A DNA stretch of 64,000 nucleotides, taken from assembly GCA_016748015.1 (NCBI GenBank), contig JAAOMT010000057.1:15228-79227 (forward strand), given 5' to 3'. Position 1 is the stretch's first letter. The number at the start of each line of letters is the position of its first letter. The notes under the pieces were generated by a model that saw only the letters and a program-made list of their open reading frames with translations, was not told the origin of the DNA and searched no databases. The translations under genes were made by a program, and so were the position numbers. The stretch comes from Geosiphon pyriformis uo1 (taxonomy: Eukaryota; Fungi; Glomeromycota). Of the stretch, positions 37,510 to 52,411 are shown one piece after another.

Positions 37510-40500
37510 ATTTTTTTTTTATTAAAGTTTAATGAGTGGAGTCCAAACGCCACCTAGTGCTATACATTATACAAATGATTTAAACTAGGCATGAATCATG
37601 CCTTTGCTACACGTGACCAAACACTCAGACTAGTCAGAACAATACTATGCACTTATATAAACTGAAGTCATGTCACCAACACCCGCATAAAACAAACAAT
37701 GCTTACAATACCTAAAACTAATGCCGAGTGCATCAGCAACACCCAACAATCTAATCACCCCAGCTAAAAGCCACACAGAAAAACCAGAAACAGTGACAGG
37801 AATAGAACCATCACATAGAATCAACTTATTCTTTTCCATAATGGCCTGGTATTTCACACAGACCAGCCAGATATTATTACGAAATGCAAGACAAAACTCC
37901 TGTACAAAATTCACAACATTGACCACTGCCACCTTAGGATTCTTGTAAACAGAAACAAACTCGCAATACCAATCACCGAAAACAAAACCCTTACACAGAG
38001 CCATACTAACAGTCACATTTGAAATGCAAGTTGACAACAATTGTGATACACATGAAGATGAATGAAACAGACCAGAACACATCTCCCAAGCAGCTGTATA
38101 AGTATCCAACAAATTGACATGACTATTAGTGTCAGAAGAGCAAGAAAAGACATGGTCTGAGACTTTAATCTCACCACAGAACAAACAAACTACACTGGGA
38201 TAACCCCTATCATACAGACGCTTTTGCACAGCAACAGAAAGGCAATAATGAAGGGCTTTCATGAAATATGTATGAAAGCCAGCCACCCGAATACTAGTAA
38301 AACCAGTCACCATGTGGGAATCCGGATGCCACACCAGAGAGGACCTCAACCAGTCAATATCAGCATGTAAACAATCTGGAACAACCCAGGAACCAGAACC
38401 AACCTCCCAATGTGTGCGATAAATTGACCTGAATACGTCATGAACAAAATGCTTCGAATTACCAAAAACCATATCAACACCAACCTTCAAAAACCTCTCA
38501 CTAACCAAGTAGGACAGATGCCAAGCAGAAAAGACAGTATTCTTAGCCAGCGCATTAGCACACTCATTGTCTGAAACACCCAAATAGCTCTTAACCTTAA
38601 TTCAATTAACATCCAAATTTTTGTGATGAATGATATTGGTAATGTGATGACGCTCAACCCAACAACAATTCCTGAAATCAGGGCCAACTGATAAAGACTC
38701 CGACCTGCAAGCATCAATAGCTGCCTGACTGTCCGAGAACAAGTCAACCAAATAAAAAAAAGGAACACATTCAAGAGCTAAAGCAATGGCCTGCAACTCC
38801 ACTAAAGTAGAAGAAACCAAACCAAAAACCCCCACATCCAGACCTGAACCAATGTTCTCAAAGAAAACCACAGTACCAGTTAATATGTCAACAGTGCCCA
38901 AATTACTCAGAGACCCATCTGTGTATACAGAGAGGCAGACGGCACCTACACTCAACAGATCTTTACAAATAACACCAAAACCAAGAGACTAATGGATGTT
39001 AGAAGACTCACCAACACCCTCATAAAGGGAATGACCAGAAGAAAAAACTACACCACCAAGAAAACACACAAAGAAATCAAACCAGGAGGGGACCGGGCCA
39101 TGGGGATCCAGTCTTTTCCAACACTTGAAAGTTTTCCAATCAAAAACAATGCCATTCCGATCACAAAGCTTTTCTATAAAAGCAATACCATAACGCCTGA
39201 GAAAGGAGACATATTTGAAGAAAATTGTCTCACCAAGTACTAGAAACATAGAAGTACTGCAATGAAGATGAAAAGTACCAGCCAGAGAGCCATCCAAAGA
39301 CAAATCACACCCAGAAAAAATACAAACCACACCTGCCAAAAAGTTGTTTAAAGGGCTGACTCTAACCCGAACAGGAAACAACAAAGGGTGACGAGGACGC
39401 CAGCTAAGAACCTGAAGATTATGAGACCTATGAGAAAACAAGCAACCCAAAACACCAACCAAATTCACAAAAGCAATAACAGAAGCTGACTTGCTCTCAG
39501 CCTGAATTTGCTCAAAAGTCTTTAAATTGTACAAGGAAAAATGATGAAATATATCATTGGGAAAGTCCAGAGGCAGCCCAGATTTGGATTTTAGGCTCTT
39601 GCATATCAAAGCATCCCATTTGTTACATACACTAAGAGAAATAAAACTGAACTGAGTTCTGTAACTGATGATAGAAAAGAGAACCGAAGACACCAAATAA
39701 GCAAACTGTTTATCTGAAATAACTTTTCTCAGAATAAGATTGACAAAAACCAAACATCCAAATGCACTTTAACCAAGTTAGACTTTGAAAGACCATCAGA
39801 AGATAAAAAAATACCCAGATAATGATGAGGTTCACTTCTATTAGTGATGGAAATTGGCATACCACTGATAGTTAGATAAGGAGTAGCGACCCGACAATTG
39901 ATAGGAATGGCCACAGTCTTGTCATTGTTTATTGAAATGTCATTTAAACGAAAGAACTTACTAGCAACATTGAGGATGTGTTGTGTAGCAGCTTGGCTGC
40001 TATTAATTCAGATAGTGTCATCAACAAAAGCACCAGCAGCCAGAAACGATGTCAGCCCAGCTTAAGATTCCACTTGGCCAGTCTTAAAAATGAAATAAGA
40101 AATCAATCTGTAATCATAAATGCTCTCTTGTCTTTTAACCTCACACAAAAGTGAGTCATAAAATATGCACCAGAGAAGTGGTGAAAAAACCTCCTTCTGA
40201 TCCAATCTATCATGAACATAATATCTATTAGTCAAACCAAAATCTGTCATCACTCTGTTAGTGTGACCATTATGAATGCTACCAAAAAATCTGATAAATT
40301 TGTTACACATTTTGATCCTGGTTAAACTCCTCTTGAGATGCTCCCAACTAACAGAATCATAAGCTTTGCACATATCCTGTAAAACCAGTTACAACTCTTG
40401 GTTCTTCTCCAAGGCATCTTTGATCACCGAACCAATAGCAAAGATAGGCAATTGAGTAAACGTACCTTTTAGGACAGAGAAATTGTCCCCGCAGAGGACA

Positions 40501-43500
40501 TCAAAAGTATTACAAACCAGAGAGATCCAATCTGAGAGAATCTTGGAAAAGACTTTGTAAGCTGTCTCAATTAAAGCAATAGGGCAGGTATTTGTAAGAA
40601 CCCCCTTCCACTTGTAAGATTTAGGAATCATTGAGACCCAGACTTTCCTCCAAGGTTTAGGTACTGACTTACAACCCAAACAAAAATTTAAGAGCACCAA
40701 AAGCATATCCAAGACCGACTTGTCACAGTGTTTCCAGAGTTCATTAGGAATACCAAAAAGACCAGCCGCTTTCCCATCGGACAAATTTGAAATAACACCA
40801 AACATCTTATCAAAACCAATTAAATGCATTATATCAGAGAAGACATCATTAAAGACATGATTCAAAGGCAGGAATTGCCTTGCCCAATCATCAGAGATAT
40901 CAGAAGCCATCACACATTTCCTAGTCCAACCCTCCATAATTCCATCCACCTTAGATTTAACCAACTCAGGCTCCAGGACTAACTCCCCACCATCCACCAA
41001 ATGATTCAACACCACTTTACAAAAAGGACACTTCAAAACACTTCTAATAGTGTGATCCTTATCCACTTCAAAACTCTCCATCCTTCTCTCAATAGCCTGC
41101 CTTATACTAGATTCCTTAGCAGGCTTTAATTTTAACAACTTAGAAGTGCAATAAGACTTCCTTGTCTTAGCCAGTCCAGAACGGATTGCATCAAAACTGG
41201 CACCAAAAAGAAACAGAGATCTAACTGACAAAGTGCCCACAGAATCAAGCCTGTTCCAAGTATCCAACAACAAGACAAAATCTCCACCAGAAACCAACCA
41301 AGAAGCCTTCACCAGTTTAGACACAAGTAGCTCCAGTTTATAAAACTGGGAAGATATCTTATTAAAAACACAATCGAAACTCCTAAACCATTTTTTCTTG
41401 AACGTTTTACCAGCCGAAAAAACCATAACCTTACAAACAATGTTTTATATTGCATCCAGATCAGACAACTGCTTAGCCACAACAAACTCATCCAAAAACA
41501 TAACAGCATTAGCAGCCATAGCATTCCTGAATTCTGACCACTTAATCTCACTGGTAATTTTGATATCATACTTCCAACAATCTCTATTAGCTTGTTTGCA
41601 CAGTGAATTTAGCTGGACATTGAGCAGGCCACCCAGTTCCACAGAAACATAAACAGTCTTGTGATCAATATTAAAGTATTCCTCAATGCCATCCACACCA
41701 CGATCTACCACTGCACCAACCAAATTAGAAGAAACAAACACATAGTCAATTGTCTTAGTAATACTATGAGAATTGCACCAAGTAGGTGACTTTACAAAAA
41801 AGCTCCCCCCCAGAGAGTTAATCAAACCCAAATCAAAACATTTTTTGAAACTGACACATTTGTGCAAACCATCCTTATTAAAATTACCACTAAGAATAAT
41901 GAAAGAAGACTCATTAATGGCTTTAGCAATGAGAGAGTTAATCTCACCAGCCTGAAAAAACTGAGCCACTGATGAAGCACCAGCATAGAGCCCCAAAATA
42001 GACACTGAGAGTTTATTTTTGAAAAGCAACTTGATGGATAGGAGCTAACCAGGCACCTCAGAGACTTTGTAGATGTGCTTTACTAAAGAAGAATTCACAA
42101 TGATTAACATCCCAGCACTCAAAAAACCAGAATCTAGACCAGAAGTAAAAACCTGAACACCATCAAATTTGTCGGCCAACCATGGGCGAACTTTCCCTTT
42201 AAGCTTTGTGAAAATAGAAACCAAATTGTCCATATTCTTGTGTCAATGAATGACATCATCTTGCTTCACAGAATTGTTCAAACCACGAATATTACACATA
42301 GCAATTTTCCATACCAGACTACTCATTGAAAAAGAGGTAGAGGAAAAGCACCACCTGCCAAAGCCAAACCATCCAAGTGCACTGATAGGCTCATGACCAA
42401 AGCAGAAAGACCTTCCAACATGTTTTCCAATTTCATAACCTCAGGTGAGGCAGTTGAACCAAGAATGGCAGCAGTTTTGTCACTAGTAGCATCACCTGAA
42501 CCCATTCCCATCACTATATCTTTCCCTTGATTCTGCAATAGGGAGGTTACTGGCAGCTGACATCCAGGGCTAGGCTGGGAAACTGCCGGCATAAATGAGT
42601 CCAATCTCTTAGCCAACTCACTAATTTGTTCTGCGAGGCTGACAAAACTGCTTTCAATATTTTTCAAATGGTCTTCCAATTCACCATTAACAGTCAGAAG
42701 AGGTTTACCATAAGATATGGAACCAGATTGAGCTGAACCACCAAAAGACACTAATGGGAGTGGTTTACCAATCACAGAGGCCCAAGTTTTTTTACCGAAA
42801 GCCAAAGGACAAAAAACAGAGGCAGATTTTTTTTCATATATCTTTGCCAGATGGAACTGATCCTAAGCTGAGAGAAGAGCTCTCTTGCTCCTAGAACTTG
42901 AGGACGCACCAGCAGTATGACAAGCAAAAGAAGTATGACTGGAAGTTTTGCAAATTGAGCACAGTGCAGTGGTTAAATGAGACTATCAAAGACTAACACC
43001 TTTTATAACAAGAGTGTTTGCCATTGTCTGAATAAGGCTACCTTCAGAATCAAAACACACAGTGGCACAGTGTGTTTGGACATAATTGACAGAACTGTGT
43101 TTAATAACACATGTTTTTCCACTGACTAAACCAATGAAGTCCCAAAGATCATGAGTGTTGATGCCCATGGGGAAAGTATAAAGCAAAGCTCTAAACTCAT
43201 CTCTGGCATTCCATGTTTGTTTGTCAACATCGGCCTGGACCACACGCACCGTATCTTTTCCAATAAGGATAAACCACTTAGCTGCCAAGAGATCAGCCTA
43301 AATTTGATCCTCCAATTTGACAATCGCCTTTTGCCATAGACCTACCAACTACATCTTGATTGACTTAATAAACCCAAATTCAGAAATGGCTGCACACACT
43401 GCCTTAATGGAAGTTCCCACAGAAATTTTTTTCAACACAATTGCCCAATTCATACAATTGTTGATGGGACACTTGAGATCAGTGTTTACCACAATACTAT

Positions 43501-44265
43501 AATCATTTGCCAACTGCACAGCTGTCATCATTGCCTTTTCAGAAATGAAAGATGTCCGAATGATTCCACCAAATTTTGAGAGGGTAGAGGCCCCCCCAAA
43601 ACTATTTATACCTAAAAAGATTTTTCTGACAAAATTGACTTTTTTCTAAGATGATTTTCCAGCCACCACTACAAGATCAATATCTAAAGTAAAGGATTTG
43701 CGAACAGGCACTTGAATGGATGGCTTGACTGGAAGAGGAGGTGGAAGAAGAAGAAAATCATCCAACACATCATTTTCTACATTGACAGTATCATAATCAA
43801 TTACACCCAGTGGCTTTCTTAACACTTTCTTGGTCTTCACATACAAACCCTTTGGTGTTTAATCAGAATTTCTTCCTGCAAAAGTACTATTATCATCATA
43901 GTCTACACTGGTTTCTTCAACCAAGCATTCTTCTTCCATGTCAATACTCTCAGATTCCATAGTGTCACCAGTCTTAGAACTCCATGAATGAGCACCAAGA
44001 GCTTTGGCAGCAACCCCTTTATTATCAATACTCTCTTCCAACACACTTCCCTTCCTCTTCTTCCTTGATACAACAGCCTTAAAACCACCCTCAGAACCAG
44101 AAGCTTTAATGGTCTTCTTCATAACAGCAATAACAAAGTCAACAGTGATCTCGTAATCAAAGAATGATTTTGATTTATCATACTGAATGGTAAAAAACTT
44201 CTTTCGAAAAAACTATAGACTCTTTTTTGGGATTTTTGGATGAAGGAAAGAAAGAAGTTTTTACT
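37510..44265 (-). mobile_element. LINE copy F, full length (ORF1 44122-42323; ORF2 42326-37645: EN-RT-RNase H-ZnF)
   Basis: Complete colinear domain set: KIAMCNIRGLN, IDYVFVS, AYDSVSW, AGAFVDDTI, VYTDGS, CLFCGE..SDHVFSC. 3' UTR at 37528-37647 and poly-A. The 5' end resembles copies B and H. Confidence 0.95.
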
Positions 44266-45097
44266 ATTATATTAAGTTAATATTTTTGAAATTTTAATAT
44301 AAAAATTGGTTCAATTAATTAAATTTATAATTATATTAATATATTCAAAAAATAATAATTAAAAAACTTTTATAAAAATTAACAAACTCTTTTTTTTTTT
44401 ATCATACTTAAAGCAAAGAGTAAAATAATTATAATCTCTTATTTTTGATCTTGTTTTTATTTATCAATTCTTTTTTTTTTATGTAATATAAAAATAAAGC
44501 AGTTTTTTAACTATTTTTAGAACATCATTTTTGGTTTTATGTAAAAGTTTTTTCCCAAGTAATTATAATTATTATAAAAAATTAACAACAAATTAATAGC
44601 AAAAATTATTTTTATTTTTTATTATTTTTTTATATTTACTTAAATAATTAAAAAAGCCAAAAAAATTAAAAAGCAACTTTTTTATTTTTTTTATTTTAAA
44701 GTTTGTTTGTTTTTTTGTAAAAAATAAAATATTGGTTTTATTTAATTTATTGATATTTACATTAGTTTTGTTAAAATTATATTAATTATAATATTTATTT
44801 TAAATTTAATTATAAATAATAACTTTTTTTTTAAATAATAATAATAATAACATATATATTAAAATTAATTTAAATTAATATATAATTAAATTATTTAATA
44901 TATATAAAATATAACAAAAAAATAAATATGTATAATTATTTTAAATTTAAATATATTTATAAATTATTTTAAAAAATTTTAAAAATTTAATATTTTTAAT
45001 TTAAAAATAAAAAAGTATTTATTAAATAAATAATTATAATTTATAAATAATAAATAATTTATGTAAAAATAATTTATAATTAAACTATAATAATATA

Positions 45098-48000
45098 TTT
45101 TTTTTTATTCATTTTAACAAGTGCAGCCTAACCACTATTTAGCATACAGAAATAAAGCAAAATATTCCAAACTAAACATGACTCATGTGCTTACTACATG
45201 TGACTGACCACTTAGACTTATCAAGACAACACTATACACTCATCAGAACTTCCTTACCATCATCCAAACCAGAAAAAAACAAACAATACTTATGTGAACC
45301 AAAACTGACAGCAAAAGACTTCACCACATCTAGCATGTGAACAACACCATCAGATAGCAACCTGGGTAGACCTTGTGACAGAGCAAAATTCCCACCATCA
45401 TTGCAAATCAGACCAATCTTTTCTATATCAACTCTAAACTTAGATCTCAACAGCCACAGATGATCATGATGATCATCTACAAGATGACAAACAAACTTAA
45501 CAACAATTGACTGGGCCTTCTTCCCGTCACCAAAAATGGAAACAGCCTTACCAATCCAATCTTGAAAAACAAAACTCTTGCACAAAACAGCATATATACT
45601 GACATCTAAAGTATTTGCAAGTGTGTTTAGCACTGAGAATGATGCAGGAAAGTGAACACCCACCAAAGATTTCCACAATTCAATATGATCAGTCATGACC
45701 TTCGAATGTAAAAGAGAATTTGCAGAACACATAAAAACATGATCAGAGAATTCGACATCACTACACATCAGACACAAAACACTCAGATAACCAATGTTAT
45801 ACAATCTTTTACAGACAGCCACTGGCAACCTATTGTGAACAGCTTTTATCAAATAGATGTGCAGAACAGCTAACCTTCTGCTAGTAAAACCTGCCAGCAT
45901 ATGAGAATTCAGATGCCAAACAGAAGCAGTACACTCTTAATTAACGCAATGAAGAAAAGAGCTGGACAAGACATTTACACCAGGACCAGCTTCTCACAAG
46001 ACATGGCACACAGTTCTGCAAACATCATGGATAAAATGCCAAGCATTACCAGAAACCACTAGACCATTTGCCACAAGAAACCTATTATGAACTCCAACTG
46101 GAAGAAACAAGCTATATCAAGATGCAACAGAGGCCATGGTATCAGCCTGATCATTGCCAAACACTCCAAAATGTTCCTTTACCTTAACTCATCTTACAGT
46201 AACGTTCTTAGATTTGATCAAATTAGCAATATGCCATTGTTCTACCTAGCATCTGTTGCAAAAGTCAGTTGACCCAACTTACATTCAGATACACACACAT
46301 CCAAAGCTGCTTGACTATCAGAATGAATAACTACAGAGCAGGATAAAGAAACACACTCCAAAGCCACAGCAATTGCTTGCAATTTTGCCAGCATAGAAGA
46401 CAACAAACCCTGAACTTTAACACCAACACCTATATTAATCTTAGAGAAATAAGCAGCTGCTCCACAAGCCACACTTAAAGTACCCAGACCACTCAATGAG
46501 CTATTAGTGAAAATATTCAACTCCCCTGTCCAAATCTTATGCAGGTACTTGCAAACAACCAAAAAATCACTTGAACAGAAGAGACCAGAACTATCCAACA
46601 CTTCACTATTGTTTAAATCTACTAGACTATTACACATGTACACAAAAGCCTTATTGAACCAAACTGGTACTAGACCCCTAGGACTCAATCTCTTCCAGCA
46701 ATGAAAAGTCTTCCAATCTATGACTTGATCCTGCTTAGTCAGCAAACAGTCACCAAAAGCAATGCCGAAGCATTTCAACAAGCGGACCACATCAAAATAG
46801 CATAAAGCACCCAGAATATCAGACATTGGGAAATGTTCAGGCTTATGAAATGCACAAGATAATTTGTTATCCAAGAAAACACCTGTATCCAAGAAGATCC
46901 TTACAACCCCAGCCAGAAAATTGTTCAGCAGACAAACTCTCAACTTAACCAAATGGCACAAGGAATTCAAAGAAGTCCAACTCAAAACTTGCAAGTTCAA
47001 AGCACAGTGTTCAAACATATGACCAAGAATCCCAGGAGCATTGGAGAAACCAATCACTGAAGCAATCTTGGCTTCAGCTTGTACTTGCTCAAAAGGCTTT
47101 AAACTATATAGAAACAGATAATGTAACGCCTTGCTGGGGAAATCCTTTGGCAAAAACGCCTTAGTTCTAAGTCCTTTTTTGATCATGATATCTCACTTTT
47201 GACACACACTTTTAGCAACAAAACTGAATTGCATATAATAACATATAATAAGCTGAAGAACTGCCAAAACCAAGTAAGAAAATTGCTTATCTGACACTGT
47301 TTTTTTAAGAACCAAATTAGAAAAAAACCTAACATCCACATGTGTTTTGGTAAGACTTGGTTTCAAAAGACCCTCTGTAAACAAAAAAATACCAAGATAC
47401 CTATGAAATTCACCCTTTTTTACAACAGAGATGGGTTGGTCACTGATGTACAAAGAGGCATCCTTCACCCTCTAATTGATGAAAATCGCCACAGTTTTGT
47501 CATTATTAATAGAAATATTATTTATATCAAAAAATTTACTTGCTATATTCAGAATATACTATGTCAAGATCTGGCCATTACCAATCCAGATTGTATTATC
47601 AACAAAAGCACTTGTAGCAAAAAAGAATGACATGCCACCACTAGATTCGACTCTGCCAGACTTCACCACAAAACTCGAATTGATCCTGTAGCCGCACAAA
47701 TGTTTTTGCCTCTTAACTTTGCACAAAAGAGGATCATAAAAAATCCTCCAGAGAAGTGGAGAAAATATCTCACTCTAATCCAAACCATCATAAACAACAT
47801 AACTATTTGACAAACCAAAATCAGTCATAATTTTATTAATTCTATTCTTATGAATATTTCCAAAAAACTCAATGAATCTGCTATACATCTTGATATGCTT
47901 CAAACTGGATCTCAAATGATGCCATCCAACTGAATCATAAGCTTTATGCATATTCTGTAGAACCAGCCAAATTTTCCGGCCTTTTTCCAAAACATCCTCC

Positions 48001-51000
48001 ACAATCAAGCCAATGGCAAACACTGGGGACTGAGTTGAAGTACTTCTTAAAACTGAAAAATTGTCACCATAAAAAACATCAAACTCACTGCAGACCAAGA
48101 AGATCCAATCTAATAAAATCTTAGATAAGATTTTTTTCACCATTTTAATTAAGGCAATTGGCCTGGTGTTAGTTAGAATATCATCTTATTCATAGGGCTT
48201 AGAGATCATAGAAACCCAAGCTCTTTTTCACAAACCAGGTACATCACTAGCTCTCAAACAAGAATTCAGCAAATCAAGAAGACAAGCCAACACATCAGCA
48301 CTACTGTGCTTCCACAACTCATTAGTAATACCAGAAAGACCAGCAGCTTTGCTATTGAACAGCCCACTGATAACCAGAGACAATTCACTCAAGCTAATAT
48401 CACTTATCACGCCCAAAAAGGCATTATCATTTACATGATCTAAAGAGGCATACTGATGAGTCCACAGACCAGAGAGAGCTGAAAGAATCCTCCGCTTATG
48501 AATTCAGCCCATTATGATTTCATCCACTCTAGACCGAACCTCCATGAGGTCCAAAATCAACTCATCATCAACTACCAAATAATCCAACACAATTTTGTGA
48601 AAAGGACACTCCAAGACACTCCTAATCATCTTACCTTTATTAGAATTAAAATTCTCTATATGTTTGTCTATTGCGTCCCTAATGTGTTTGCATCTAGCCA
48701 ACTTAGTCTCATGGTATTTGGATTTCTGATAACATTTCTTGACTTTTAACAAAAGACTGTACAGCTCATGTAACTTTGAACCATTCTCAAGCAAAATAGC
48801 AACCTCTGAGGCGTTAACAGCATCAAGAGCTGACCAAGCCTGAACAAAATGCTCCACCTCTACCAACCTACCTGAACATAAACTCTTTGTAATCTTGGCA
48901 ACCAAAGATTTTAGCTTAAAAAACCTCAAAGATTGTTTGTTTTTAGGACCATCAAATTTACAAAACCAATGTTTAGAGAAAGTTTTATCAGCTAAGTTGT
49001 AAACAGCACTTCTCAATATCTCCCACATCCCATCCAGATTTTCTCCTTCTTTTGAGACCAAAAAAGTATCTGAAAGCTCAAACAACTTGACCAAAAAGCA
49101 ATCTCTAAAGCAATTCCATTTGACAGCATCCACATCTTTAATCTTATACTTCCAGTGGTCTTTATTAGCCTGCTTGCAAATACTATTCAGACAAGCATCA
49201 ACCAAACCCTTCAACCCAACCAAGATATCAATCATATCATGATCAGTGTCAAAAAATTCAGACACAGAGACAATACTATGCCCAACAACAGCCAAAGACA
49301 GAATCTTACTTACAAAAACATAATCAATAGTTTTTTCAACTCCTCAGAAATTTTTCCAAGTAGATGAATTATCCAGAGGATGACCATCCAACAAGTTGAC
49401 CAACCCCAAATCTGAACACTTCCTAAAACTAGCACACTTTCTAGCACTGTTCTCATTGAAATCTCTACCAATGACCACAAAAGAACTACAATTAACCATT
49501 TTAGAGATGAGTGAGTTAATACTAAGAGCTTGAGCAAAATGTGTTTTGGCAAAAACACCAGCATATAAATCCAGAAAAGTAACCAAAAGCTTATTCTTAA
49601 ACAACAAATGAACAGAGATGACCTAACCAGGAACCTCCTTAACTTTTAAAACATGCCAAGCTAAAGAACCATCCATGACCACAGCCACATCCATACCAAG
49701 AAAACCCTCTTCCAGACCAGACATAAAAATTCTGACACCCTCAAACTTGTCCTTAATCCAAAAACCAGCACTCACTCTTAACTTAGTCTTAGTGAGAAAA
49801 GAAACCATGTTACCAGATTCTAGATCCAACAAACAATGTCCTTTTGTTTCTCCAAATTAGTCATGCTCTTGATGTTACAAGTAGCCACCTTTTAAACTAG
49901 ACTATTCATAGAGAGGAAGAAAGCAATGATGAACTCGAAACAGAACATAAAAGATCCAACTTAGCCAAGACAGAACTGACTGACACCTCCAGAGCTGATA
50001 TTTTAGATTCCAAACCACCCACTTTGGAAGTCAGAATCTTCGAACTGCTTGAACTGAAACCAACAACCAATTCACCAACATTTGGAAGAAAGAAAGGGGA
50101 TGATGCCAACATGCCATCCAAAACCATATTTGAATCCAAAACAGGAGCCATAAGCACAGAAACAGCCAGAGATGAAACACAAAAAAGAGGTGCCAAGAAC
50201 ACCAACTCAACAAAACTCAACTTTTTCAGAATACCAGAAACCTGGTCAGATAAGATTTCCAAAGAGCGTTCCAGGAAAGCCAAATGATTATTCAACCCAG
50301 AGACAACAAGAAAAGTAGAAGCCAAAGAAGGAGAATTTGCATCTGAAACTGAACCAACACCAAGAGCAGCCAAAGGAACCACATGAAGTGAGGAGCCCCT
50401 AGTAATTTGGGCCCAAGTTTTCTTACCAAAAGAAACAGGACATGCAATAAGAGCCTGCTTTTTCTTATAAATATTAGCCAAATAAACTTGATCCCAATTA
50501 GTTACCACCTATTTCCCATGAATCCCAGAATTCCCACTAACCAAACACACATCAAAAATATGACCAAATTGTTTACATTTGGCACAACACGCCAATGAAA
50601 GACTAGCCCAGTGCAAACTAATATCCTTGAAAACTAGAACAGAACAAATAGCAGCCAACTTAGATGCCTCATCCTCAAAACAAATGACAGTGCACCTGTT
50701 TCATATGTATGATACAGGATTACAACTGATGAAACAAGTTTTCCCATCATATGCCCCCACTAAACCAAAAAGATTATGAGCCATAATGCCAACTGGAAGA
50801 GTATAAAGCAAAGTCTAATGCTAATTCCTAAATACTCACACTTGTTTGTCCTTATTTGCCAAAGCCACATGCACAGAATTTTTTCTCATGAACACTGACC
50901 ATTTAGAAGCAACCAGACTGGCCACCTCAGATAATTCAAACTCCACTAGGGCTTTCTGCCAAAGTCCAATCAACTGTATTTTAATTGAAATAATTTTGCC

Positions 51001-51991
51001 AAATTTGGAGAAAACCGATTCCACTATTGATCTGAAAAAATCCACTGGGATCTCCTTAACAATTACCTCCCGATTTGACTGACTGTTTATCTTTCTAAGA
51101 TCATTATTAACAAGAATTTTATTACTAATCACCAGCACTTTAGCCTTATTTAAACTGGATTCTAACATAAAAGATAATCTAATAATCCCAGGGAACTTTA
51201 AGGAAGTGAAAGCACCCCTAAAACCATTCACTTAATAAAAAATTTTTTTTATTGAAATTAATTTATCACCAACTAATTTGCCAAACACTGCAGAAAGCTC
51301 AATATCAAGTGTGATAGATTTTATCGAATTAAAACACTGCATTTCTAGGGCATGTGATTTGAGTAGTGGCAAATGATTGAATCTGATATCTACACAAGAA
51401 AGAAATTCCAGCACAACATTGTCATCACTCATACTTTCAAAAGAAGACTACTTTAGTGAATTGCCCAGTGTATACATCTGAGTGCAAGTCTTTCTCAGTA
51501 TGTCATTGTCCATGTTGTCATTCTCACCTGATTCTGCGTAACTGGTTTCTTTGGCTACTGTGTTTGCCATGTTTTCTATATCTAAGAGATTGCTTATACT
51601 GCCAGCAACACTGCCAACCTTGCTTCCCCAGAACACACCAGACTTGATGCCAGTACCACTAATATTTTTCATGCTTAATGGACCAGTAGACGAGTTGATT
51701 ACATCACTAGTAACAGGCTTCTTTGGCTTCTTATAGGATGCACTATGCGAGTAAACCATATCTACATGCTTACTTTTTGCACTTTAGCAGGTCTTCAAAC
51801 CAGCTGAAATCAAACCCAAGCCACTAGCAGAAGGGCCCACTGGTTTTATCATGACAAATGGAGGTAAAGTAGAAGAAATAGTTAATAGAGATTAGGGGAA
51901 AGGAAGAAAAAAAAGCTACTTCTTCAAAGTTATTAATGCTTTCATCATGGTCAGAAGATCGACAAGAGAAAAATTTTATGTGACTTTTTTT
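45098..51991 (-). mobile_element. LINE copy G, full length, distinct ORF1 subfamily (ORF1 about 51852-49906; ORF2 49909-45232)
   Basis: Same ORF2 domain set and 3' UTR (45113-45234). Candidate low-complexity TSD TAATAATATA at 45088-45097 and 51992-52001. Confidence 0.93.
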
Positions 51992-52006
51992 TAATAATAT
52001 AATATA

Positions 52007-52007
<1 letters not shown>

Positions 52008-52056
<49 letters not shown>
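52008..52056. repeat. (AAT)n microsatellite
   Basis: Direct reading, next to the 5' end of LINE G. Confidence 0.95.
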
Positions 52057-52062
<6 letters not shown>

Positions 52063-52411
52063 AATATTATTTTTAAATAAATTAATTTTAACAATTATAT
52101 TTGTTTAAAATATAATTTATAAATTAAAATAAAACTTAATTTAACAATTAATTTAAAATTCAAATAATTTTATGACTAAAATAATATTCTAAACACTTTA
52201 AATTTCAAGCTCAGTTAAAAAAACTTCAATAAAAATTTTTATTATCATCCAATTTAAATTTATAAAAATTTTTAAGTTTAAATATAAATAAAAGTATATT
52301 GAAATAAATATAATTTAAGATTTATTATATATTAAAATCATATAAAATATATCTTTTATAAAAGATTTAAATAATTATTATTATTTGCCAATGAAAAATA
52401 AATTATATCTA

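Noticed and set aside
37528-37647. Hammerhead or HDV ribozyme in the LINE 3' UTR
   Set aside because: No complete CUGANGA...GAAA core or HDV pairing scheme could be identified by eye. Kept only as an unclassified structured motif.
44270-45090. Ultra-AT-rich spacers as centromere or origin elements
   Set aside because: No periodicity or motif. More simply explained as end-stage mutated repeats, as shown for 3450-5135.
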